A stretch of DNA of 62,974 nt, filler included. It is 10 parts of 10 records of this genome, joined end to end, with 100 filler letters (N's around TTAATTAATTAA, not from the genome) between each part and the next. Parts side by side here need not be neighbours in the genome. Positions count along the whole stretch, not along the records: positions 45,190 to 51,283 come from SRR15195285_1015; positions 51,384 to 57,354 come from SRR15195285_1016; 8 more parts are not named here. One strand, written 5' to 3'. Shown here in pieces: positions 45,090 through 54,800 of this stretch; the first letter of the stretch is position 1; each line of letters begins with the position of its first letter. A model generated the notes under the pieces. That model did no database searches and was not told where the DNA came from. It saw nothing but the letters and a program-made list of their open reading frames with translations. The translations under genes and the position numbers were made by a program.

Positions 45090-45189
45090 NNNNNNNNNNN
45101 NNNNNNNNNNNNNNNNNNNNNNNNNNNNNNNNNTTAATTAATTAANNNNNNNNNNNNNNNNNNNNNNNNNNNNNNNNNNNNNNNNNNNN
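45090..45189. other. Artificial contig linker
   Basis: N44-TTAATTAATTAA-N44. Confidence 0.99.
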
Positions 45190-45654
45190 AATGAGAAATT
45201 AGATCTACCGGGGGTCTGATTAACTGGTCAAAATTGGGGACCATTGCAGCTCATATTCATATAGAAATAGGACTTCAGACGGCATTTTAATCCGAGTTTC
45301 CCATTCATATATAAGCCGCGCCACCACCAGCCCAGCCCGCCATTATTCATATACAACCACACAGCAATGAATACGAGTTTATATCAAGCGGAGCCCATGG
45401 ACCGGATACCGCAGACGGTAAAGGGCGGGGGGCGCTGGCAGGCTGGCTGCAGGCTGGCAGGAGGCTGTGCCTTTGGAGGTGCGCGCTCGCTGAGGTGCGG
45501 TAGGGTTGGGTGTGGTAGGGTTGGGTAGGGGGAGGAAGCGCGGGCAGGTCTCGATACAGGCGGGAGGGGTTGAGGGTGCTGGGAGAGGGAGGTGGCTGGG
45601 CGGGACGGTGGTTCGGCGCGTTTGAACAGCGGGGAGGGCTGGGTTTGCGGAGAG

Positions 45655-48600
45655 ATGGGGAAGAAGAACCGGAAGAAGGGCGGCGATGAGGACTACGACC
45701 TGCCGGAGTTGCCTGACGTAAGCTCCCGCCCTGGCCCCGTGCGGCTGGCTATCTATCTGATAGACCATCTCTAGAACCTGCGCCGCTGCGGCTTGCGAAA
45801 CTCGACCTCTCTCACCGACCGGCCCTTGATTGTTTCGGCAGGATGATGATGGCGCCAGTGCGCCGCAGCCGGCAGCGGACGAGGACTTCGGGAAGAAGAA
45901 GAAGGGGAAGAAGGGGAAAAAGGGGAAGCAGCAAGACGACGAGCCAGCAGATGAGCCAGAGCCAGTGATTGACGAGGACTTCGGCAAGAAGAACAAGAAG
46001 AAGGGCAAGAAAGGCCGCCGCGGCCAGGACGACGATTATGACCTGCCCGACCTGGACGAGCCCGAGCCCGCCCCCGCGCCGGCAAACGATGCCGAGGAGG
46101 GCGCCGGGATGTCCAAAACGGAGCTGAAGCGGCTGAAGCGTGAGCAGAAGAAGGCGGCAAAAAGCGCCAAAAAGGGCGGGGACTCGCCCGCCGCAGCTCG
46201 CAGCAGCTTCCACGACGGGGGGGACGGGACGTATGACGCCGAAGACGAGCCTGAAGCGGCACCGGCCAGCAGCCCGACCACTGCGCGGCGCACACAGGAC
46301 GATGACAATGGCGTGGACGAGGAGACTGGTTATAGGGACATGACAGTCACTGGCGTGCTGTCCTCCGACATGAACAGCAAGGACGTGGCTTTCAAGAGCT
46401 TTAGTGTCGTGTTCCAGGGGAAGCCGCTTGTCAAAGACACTCGGCTGGAGCTCAACAACGGCAGGCACTACGGGTTGCTGGGCCCGAATGGCGTCGGCAA
46501 ATCGACGCTACTCAGTGCCATCGGGCAGCGAGAGGTGGCGATTCCTGCCCATATCGACGTGTATCACCTGATCAAGGAGGTGGAGCCTAGCGACGAGACC
46601 CCGATGCAAATTGTGTCGTCCTGCGATTCGGAACGCGACGAGCTGCAAGAAGAGGCAGACAGAATGGTCGACGCAGGCGAAGGAATTGACGACGGGCGGC
46701 TGGAAGAGCTCTATGAGCGCCTGGAGCTGCTTGATGTGTCGCTCGTAGAGAAGCGCGCCGGAGAGATCTTAAACGGGCTGGGGTTCACGCCGGAAACGAT
46801 GAAAAAACCCGCAAAAGCGTTCTCTGGCGGTTGGCGCATGCGCATTTCCCTCGCACGGGCCTTGTTCGTTTCGCCGCAAGTTCTGTTGCTGGATGAGCCA
46901 ACCAACCACCTTGACATGGAGTCGTGCCTGTGGCTCGAAGAACGATTGTCAGGTTACCGAAATACACTGGTCATCATCTCTCACTCGCAGGACTTTCTGA
47001 ATGGAGTCTGCGACTCCATTATCTACATGTTCAACTGCCGGTTGCGGTACTACAACGGAAATTACGACTCGTTCGTAAAGAATCACGCCATCGACGACGA
47101 GGCGCAACAAAAGAAATACGAGGCAGAGCAGAAGAAGCTTGAGGACATGCGCCTTTTTATCGAGCGGAATTCTTCTGGCAACCAAGCGAAGCAAGCTCAG
47201 TCACGCCAGAAGGAGATGGACAAAATGGTCGCAGCAGGCCTGACAGAGGCGGTCGTACCAGAGGCCGAGGTGACATTTAAGTTTGAAGATTGTGGCAAGC
47301 TACCGCCGCCAGTCATGCAATTTGACAAGGTCAGTTTCCACTACCCGAAGACGCCTGACCGCCTAATCTACGACGAGATTGAGCTGGGTATCGACTGTGA
47401 CTCTCGGGTAGCTCTTGTGGGGCCGAATGGTGCGGGTAAGTCGACCCTTGTCAAATTGATGAAGGGAGAACTCACACCTACGGAAGGGGCAATCAGGAAA
47501 CACCGGCACCTGAAAATAGCAGCTTTTACACAACACTCCGCTGAGATGCTGGACGAGAATAGCTCGGCTCTTGCCTGGATGATCAAGCAGTTTCCAGTGG
47601 AGTATGACGATGGAGACAGAGACGCACGCAAGGCTGCGGGTCAGCACGAGAACAGGATGCGAGGCAGACTAGCTGCGTTCGGTATTACGGGCAAAGAATC
47701 TACGTCTCCCATGCGGTACCTTTCAGATGGGCAGAAGTCACGTATCTGCTTCGCGCACGCTGCCACTTGCCGATCACACATCATCCTGCTGGACGAGCCT
47801 ACTAACCACCTCGACATCGCGTCGATTGATGCCTTAGCCGATGCTCTTCGAAAATGGGATGGTGGTGTCGTGCTTGTTTCGCACGACTTCCGTCTGATCG
47901 GACAGGTTGCACAGGATATTTGGGAGTGCCGCGATCAGGCGGTTATTCCTTGGAAGTCAGATATCCTAGCGTTCAAACAATACTTCAGAGAAAAGTACAC
48001 GCCGAAGGATCCGAACGCTAAGCTTGTGAATCGTGAGGGCGGTAACTCCGGGATGGACGTGGATGGGGAGGACGAAGTGGTAGACATCCGTGTGGACGCA
48101 TGGAAGGAGTCTGCAGGGAAGCTGGTATATGGCGATGGCCTTGACCAGGAAAAGAAGGGCGCCGCGAAGACCGAGGCCAAGAGAAAGAAGAAGGGGAAGG
48201 GTGGGCGTGGTGAAAGCTTGGACCCAATTACCTTGCACCGGCAAGAGCTGACTGCAAAGCTCGCCGATGGGGTGAGCAGCGCAGAGGAATGGTGGATAGA
48301 GACGGTCGAAACGAACCAACTAGGCTGCGACGTAGGAGTTGGCGTCCCGTTCACCGTCTGCTTGGCCCAGGCTTGGGACGCAGGCGAACCATGGGCACCG
48401 AAGGTCGAGGAGGTGGCACCATTGTTCAAGAGGCTCTGCAACTCCACGGAAGGGCAGCAGCAAATGCTCAGCACTTTGTGCGCCCACTTGCGCTCGGTTG
48501 CGTTGGACTACATGCCGGAGGCCCTGCACGCGCTCTACGACTACGACCTCCTAGATGAAGATGTGCTGGTGCGTAGCCTGTGCATGCGTTCAATTCGTCG

Positions 48601-48783
48601 CGCCGTTCGTTGTTAACGGGATGCCATGTGTTGCTGCGATGTCTGCCTGCCTGGTGCTCGACCCTCTCGCAGCTGGACTGGTATGGGGGAGGCGGCAAGG
48701 CAGATGGTGATGCGAAGAAGGCCTCCGCGCCGTTCTTTGAGTGGTTGGAGAACGCTGACGCGGAAATGGATGAGGCTGACTAG
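45655..48783 (+). CDS. ABCF2: ABC-F family ATPase (ABCF2/Arb1-like) with C-terminal W2 (eIF5/eIF2B-epsilon/eIF4G-type) domain
   Basis: Two ATPase domains (GPNGVGKST / FSGGWRMR / LLLDEPTNHLD and GPNGAGKST / LSDGQKSR / LLDEPTNHLD) and no TM helices. ABCF2-type VTGVLSS, REVAIP.HIDVYHL and CGKLPPPVMQF. Introns at 45718-45841 and 48569-48672. Confidence 0.9.
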
Positions 48784-48825
48784 AGCATCCCCCTAGCCCG
48801 TCAAAAAATTACACGCGGTGTGTGT

Positions 48826-51264
48826 TTACATTATCTGCAATATTACCTGCTGCAGCGGCATCACTGTCAAGCTCGGCCACGTGGCAAGCTGCACCACTGT
48901 GGTCCCCTTCCTCATGTTCAGCGCACATCCCGAGGTCCGGGACAGCATTTGATGCGTCGCGTTAACGGCAAGCCGCACAGTCCCTTGCGCGTACGCGATG
49001 CCACGCAGCGTCATGTGCGTAACGTTCATCGGAGGTAGTGAGGGGTGCAGAGCTAAACCAGCTGGAGAATAGTGAATGCCGCCGTAACCAAACACGATAT
49101 TCTCGAGGAATCCACCTGCGCCGGTCAGGAAGTTCAGATTGCCCGTCGCGTTGTGTGCGGCGACCTTCGGGTTCGTTTCAGTCCAAATGTTGTACGGGGG
49201 CAGTTGATGGTCGAACGCGAATGCGAGCTGTGCTTCAGCCGCTGTGCGTTCGCCGGCGAACAACATAGCGATAGCATAAGAACTATCGCCTGTATAGAAT
49301 CCCTTCGTGTCGCTCCCAGAGGACCGTGCGGCGTAGTAACGCAGATCGCTCTGCGCGATCGAAGCATCCATCGGCATATGCAAGGGCCATTGCAGTAGCG
49401 CTACGTCGGCCTGGTTGATGTCTTGACCATGGTACCCATCATACTGAGGGTGAATAGAGACCAACTGGCCTGCTGGGCATCCTGAAGTGGAGGCATTCTG
49501 AAAGGGCAGGCAGTACTTCTGCACAGGCACATACATGGACTCTGACTTGGCTGTCCACTCGGCAAGAGAAGGTGGGCTGAGGCCAAGAAGACCGGCAGCC
49601 TCTGCAGCAAATGCCATGACATACCCAGCAGCAACATTCGTGTAGGTGTTGCTATCTGTAATGTAACTATGTTCATCAGGTCCAATTACTTGTAGCATCG
49701 TCCAATTTCGGCTTGGATGGGTAGAGCGATTGACACGCGACGCGAAGAAGTCAGCTGTCGCAGAGACAACTGGCCATGCAATCTCCCTGAGAAATGTCTC
49801 ATTCCGTCCAGTTCGATAGTAATTTAGACGAAAATATAAGGCAACGTCAGCAGAGATGTGAATCTCGTGCATCCAATAGCAGCCAACCCTCGGTTTTTTT
49901 GCATCCATCTTCGTCTTCATCGCTATAGAAACATTCCCACAACTGCGCTCGAAGCCGGTGACGCCAGACTGCCACGGCCAATACGCACCTGCATACCCAT
50001 TCATGCGCGCAATCGACTTTGCAGCATCTAGCCGCTCTGTCCGATACTGGAGCAGAGCATTGGCGATCGGTGCATTGATGGCCGCAAAAAGAGGTCCATC
50101 CATTACACCGTCCGACCAGAACATCATGCCTCGATACGCCTCACTGCCAATGCCACCCTCGCTGACTCCCTTGGGCCAATCCTCCCTGACCGAGCAGAGG
50201 AGGTAGTATAGACTCGAATTGACGTAGGCACTCAACTTCGGATTGCCGGCCAGCTCGATACCGCCACCACTGCCGCTGCTGCCATCGTTCTGCAGCAAAC
50301 CGTATGCATCAGCCCACGCGCGCCGGTGGGACGCATCGAGCGCGGCAGCAGTGCTGCTTGCGTGCTGCGCTAGTTCGGCGGCAGCGAGATCCATGGCGGT
50401 GGAATTTGTGACTCCGGACTCCAGCGTCGTGCGCACAACAGCAAGGAACATCACTGGCGTGCTGCTTGGGCCGACGATCACATTCCATGGCGCTGGCGGT
50501 GGTGATGGTGTGTGGTCGCTAGCTGCGACGCTTGCATTCAGGGGCCCCTGCGGAATGTTACTAGCAATGGCCACCACTGTCGGCGCCCGGCGCGGAAAGC
50601 TTGCGTCCGCCGGCTGCTCGGGATCGATCACTTCGTAGACGCCAGGTGCGCGCTCGATCATTCCGCTGGGAGACTTCGCACAGCCACTCCACGCAATGCT
50701 GCAGTTTGCCGTCGCGTTGAGTGCGCGCAGTTCCCACACCAACAGTGACCGGTGTTGGCGATGCGCGTAGCGCCGGCTCTCCAACACCGCGTCAGCGCCA
50801 CACCCGAGCGGGAGCGGCCAGCGCTCCAGGTACACTCCAGCGCTGACATCAAGAGCGGCGCCGCCGTACGATAGGTTGGCGGACGGCTCGGCCGCCAGCG
50901 GATTCGGCAGCCCTGAGCGCGAGTCTGTGTGGCTGCCGCCGCTGTACAGCCCCGCGAGGTGCAGTGCACCAGCCGAGCCACCTGCGCCTCCTGCACAGCC
51001 CACGTCGCCACCAATGAAGCCGTTCTCCGTCGATGGCAACATGCTACTCGGAGGCGGCTCGGGCGCGAAGAGCAGGTTGGAGCTCGCGACACCTTCCGCC
51101 CAGTCGGCGGGCACTGGCACGCCGCCGGCCGCGCCGGCCGCCATGCCGACGAGCAGCAGCGTCTGCATCGCCTGCATCCTCGCCTGCATCCTCGCCTGCA
51201 TCGCCTGCATCCTGATCCTCGCCTGCATCGTCGCCGCAGGGAGCACGCTTGAGGCTTGGACCAT
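48826..51264 (-). CDS. GH65 hydrolase (PGGHG / acid-trehalase-like), secreted, intronless
   Basis: Motifs SSLYYLL.S, G.S.GG....Y.G..FW, GAYWPWQSG.TG, EIHISADV, VIGPDE (general acid), INQADV.LL.WPL, IWTE and NFLTGAGGFL. Confidence 0.88.
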   Translation of the reverse strand: MVQASSVLPAATMQARIRMQAMQARMQARMQAMQTLLLVGMAAGAAGGVPVPADWAEGVASSNLLFAPEPPPSSMLPSTENGFIGGDVGCAGGAGGSAGALHLAGLYSGGSHTDSRSGLPNPLAAEPSANLSYGGAALDVSAGVYLERWPLPLGCGADAVLESRRYAHRQHRSLLVWELRALNATANCSIAWSGCAKSPSGMIERAPGVYEVIDPEQPADASFPRRAPTVVAIASNIPQGPLNASVAASDHTPSPPPAPWNVIVGPSSTPVMFLAVVRTTLESGVTNSTAMDLAAAELAQHASSTAAALDASHRRAWADAYGLLQNDGSSGSGGGIELAGNPKLSAYVNSSLYYLLCSVREDWPKGVSEGGIGSEAYRGMMFWSDGVMDGPLFAAINAPIANALLQYRTERLDAAKSIARMNGYAGAYWPWQSGVTGFERSCGNVSIAMKTKMDAKKPRVGCYWMHEIHISADVALYFRLNYYRTGRNETFLREIAWPVVSATADFFASRVNRSTHPSRNWTMLQVIGPDEHSYITDSNTYTNVAAGYVMAFAAEAAGLLGLSPPSLAEWTAKSESMYVPVQKYCLPFQNASTSGCPAGQLVSIHPQYDGYHGQDINQADVALLQWPLHMPMDASIAQSDLRYYAARSSGSDTKGFYTGDSSYAIAMLFAGERTAAEAQLAFAFDHQLPPYNIWTETNPKVAAHNATGNLNFLTGAGGFLENIVFGYGGIHYSPAGLALHPSLPPMNVTHMTLRGIAYAQGTVRLAVNATHQMLSRTSGCALNMRKGTTVVQLATWPSLTVMPLQQVILQIM
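51165..51229. repeat. Coding tandem repeat of CGCCTGCAT(CCT) units giving MQA(R) repeats
   Basis: MQARIRMQAMQARMQARMQAMQ lies ahead of the GH65 hydrophobic leader. Confidence 0.85.
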
Positions 51265-51283
51265 GGAGAACTCACTGAGAAAT

Positions 51284-51383
51284 NNNNNNNNNNNNNNNNN
51301 NNNNNNNNNNNNNNNNNNNNNNNNNNNTTAATTAATTAANNNNNNNNNNNNNNNNNNNNNNNNNNNNNNNNNNNNNNNNNNNN
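51284..51383. other. Artificial contig linker
   Basis: N44-TTAATTAATTAA-N44. Confidence 0.99.
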
Positions 51384-51800
51384 TTACGAGTTTAGTACCG
51401 TCCCTACTTTTGCTCGATGATCTGTAGAGCGGGGACTCTCAAGAGGGCGATAGCGGACTGTCATCCGCCTCAACGTCGATGGGCGCGATGGAGCCGGAGG
51501 ACGAGGAGAAGCAAACGAAAGGCGGGAAGAAGAAGAAGGAGAAGAAGAAGGATTCTGATTTTGACGACGGCTAGGCTACTCGAGTCGACATTGGTAGACG
51601 TGCCTCCACCCTGTTTTACGAAGCGCTCAGCGAGCATAGTACAAGCGCCCGGACGATGCTCGAGCTGTAGCACATAAGCCGCCTAAATGCTGATGAGCCT
51701 ACTCCATCTTGGCTACTCAACAAATGCTGTTGGGTAGCGCTTGCGTTGAGTAACCCAGGAGTTGAGCCGATCAACACACACGATCGTGTCATGGCACTGT

Positions 51801-51844
51801 GAAGTTCGAAAGAAGTTCGAAAAAAGTTCGAAAGAAGTTCGAAA
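51801..51844. repeat. Four tandem 11-bp units (G/A)AAGTTCGAAA
   Basis: Directly visible, just downstream of the PKD2-like stop codon. Confidence 0.9.
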
Positions 51845-51898
51845 AACGAAGATGCCGGCGGTAATTTCAACACAGACATTGGGTTTTCGCAGCAGGCC

Positions 51899-54800
51899 TC
51901 AAGGCTGCGGCTCGGGTTGCGCACCGTCAACACTCCGGTGACGTGGCGGCGTTCTGTCCTTCCGCGTAGTTGCGGCGTTGCGTTGGACCGCAGCTGTACC
52001 CTCTTTGGCGTCGGCACCGGCGTGGATTCGCCGCGGCAGCGGTGGTGGTGCTTGTGGCGGCGGCTGCTGCCTCTGCATCAATTCTAAGAGCGCTCCGACC
52101 TCAGCCAGTTTTGCGTTCAGCTCGTCTTGTGCCGCATCTTCTTCCTCTTCACGGCGCGACTGCTCCAGCGCCTTGTCTAGCGACGCGCGAGTTAGGGGGT
52201 CGAGTAGCACACCGGAAGCACTATAAGGATCGCCAAGAATCGAGCCGCGTCGTCGGTCGATGAAGTCATTGTATGAAATGAGCAGGTAGTTCATCGCAAT
52301 CTCCTCCTCCACCTGCGAATAATGCCGTCGCATTGGAATCCTCAGCCCAATAAAATAGCTTCGCAAAAACGTTTGCTTGAAAGTACGATGGAACCACGAG
52401 CGCAAGCGTGCCACAGGTCTTTCTGATTTAACCTTGAAGACGAAGTATTGGAGCTGGTAACTGAAGTCAGCCAGGCAGATCGAGTGCTGCTCGCCCATAA
52501 ACTCGCCCATCTGGAGTTTGAGCGAGCGCTTGAATGCGGTCGGCATCCTCGCCTGCGCCTTGATGCACTTCGCCTCGAGGAAATCTTCTACATCGTCTTC
52601 GACGGAAGAGTGAAAGTACATATGCCGAGTGATGAAGTGTATCGGGAAAATCCAACGGAGAAAGCTCTTGAGGTAAGTGGAAGAACATAGCCGTGAGATC
52701 GACCGCCAGACAATCCGTCTTTGAACTTCCGGTGGGATCTTGAGCTCAAATTCGGCCGATTCCTGCACTTCGAGTAGTGGCGTGTGATCATGGCATAGTT
52801 TGATCCGCTGCGCCTTCTTCATCAATCGGTTCATGGCTGCACTGACATTCGGGTGAGCGACGTCGTAATTGGGCACCAATAAATCCAGCGCAACCTTGTC
52901 GTGATCCCGGAGGTACATCATCGTTTCGTGTGTCTTAACGGCCTGTTTCGTGTGTTTCGACGAGCCGCATTTCACACATTGCTTGCTAGCTTGCTCTTCA
53001 ATAGCGTCCTTTGCTTCCTGGTTGCATGTTTTAATGTTCTCCTCTTCGTCTGCCATCTCCATGATGATTGTGTTGATATCTTCCTCGATGATATGCCTCT
53101 GCTCTTCTTTTTCCCTTTGACCTAGCTGCGAGTATTGTCGCTCGAGGCCAGCGAGCACTACCTCGGCAACTACCCTTATGACAGCATCTTTGTGAATGAC
53201 ATGCGTATCGGGATTGTCTTTGTAGCCAGCATCGTCAGCTTCGTCCAATGAACCACTGATGGCTGTACGCTTCACGCACTCTACACAAGCCTCTTTAAGT
53301 CTTTCGCCAAGATGACCCTGATTCGCTGCCAGTGGCCGGAACTTCTGCCACGAATCCACGTCGACGACATCAAATATCATGATGCGCTCCACACCCTCCA
53401 GCTCGCCCCGCTGCTTGTGAAGCCGTTGCAGTTTTCCTTCGACCTGTGCGATCTTCTCCGCGTATTCCCGCTTGGTCTTGCACGGCTCGCAACTCGTTCT
53501 GGAGCAGCCAGGACATAACGGCGTCCAAGTGTGATCGACGTCACCTTTGCCGACAGCACCATTGATGCTGCTATGCAGACGCTGCACTTGCTCATCTATG
53601 GCACTGTGGATGACGCTTTGGCGTTTCCTTTCGAATTCCGTGTGAAGATCGTGTAGCTCTTCACGCACCATTTCGATCTCGCGACTCATCTGCTGCTTAT
53701 CCTCTCGGGAAGCACGACGCACTGGTTTAAAACGAACGAATTTCAACACAATCTCACCCATCATCCCACCCTCCGCTGGCGTTTTCAGTATGATCTTATC
53801 GCCTGGTACTACGTCACCCTGTCTCGAGTCCTGCCCTTGAGTGTCCACCTCGTCAGTACCTTTAAGCTGTTCGAGATATCGGATGCCTCTGAACTGTGCA
53901 AGTGAGCTCGCCGCCATCCACAGGTCAAGGGTTGGAGCCTCGTGCTCTCGGGGAATGTCAGCGTGTGGGCTGTCTTCGTTGATGGACTGAGGATCAGCAG
54001 CGAAGCCCGTGAAAATTCGTTGGTCGGGTGTGCTCGCCGACCGCGCCACTTGCTCCATCGCTTTCAGGGCCGAACTGGTCGTTGACACCACCGCTGTGGT
54101 CACCGTCTTTTTCAGTGCGCCTAACGTTGTGTCCTGTGCACCTTCTGATACCTTCGCCTGCGAGCGAATGTGTTCTCTTGATCGAGAAGAGATGAGATGA
54201 GACACGGATGAGGTACGCGGACTTGGGTCAGCAGTTTGCGTATCGTTAGTAGAGGCAACTACACCATGCTCGTGCGATTCAACTCTATAGCGTATCTGCA
54301 CTCTACTCGAGCGGTGCAGTATGAACGGATAGGACTGCGTCTCGCCTAAAGCCAGAACCTCCTTTGTCTCGGCATCCCACTTGCGCGGCCCATATCCGAC
54401 CGGTACGGGTTTGACTGTCCAAGTTCCACGCAGCGCCTGCAATGCCTCTCCGATTGCTCCAGTTGCATTCTCTTTCGCTGGTTCGTTCCAAAGCCCCTTT
54501 CCTCGATAAAAGTCCTCATACTTGTCGTTGCCGGAAAACGTATTTTGTATCCACGTGTAGTCCACCTCGTACTTTCGCAAGGTGTCCCGCGCCTCCTCAT
54601 AAAAGTCTGTGACGATGGCAATCATCAAATTCATGCCAAGAATAGCGACAAGGCCGACGAACAGCAGGAAGATACCGGGCGTCATTGACGCGTCTCCACG
54701 CTTGAGCTCATTGTATTCAATGTCGTCGACTCCAGCCGCAAGCCGCACGAGTTGAAACATGCTTGATGGAATGTTCTGGAAGCCTTTGGAGTGACGTCCC

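Noticed and set aside
23331-51283. Apparent polysaccharide-utilisation-locus-like cluster of glycosidases
   Set aside because: The genes span four separate contigs. Only the within-contig pairs (GH78/GH59, the two beta-helix genes, GH2/GH28) are truly adjacent, and there are no transporters or regulators.
51801-51844. Possible heat-shock element
   Set aside because: GAA/TTC spacing does not fit nGAAnnTTCn, and it lies 3' of the PKD2-like gene.
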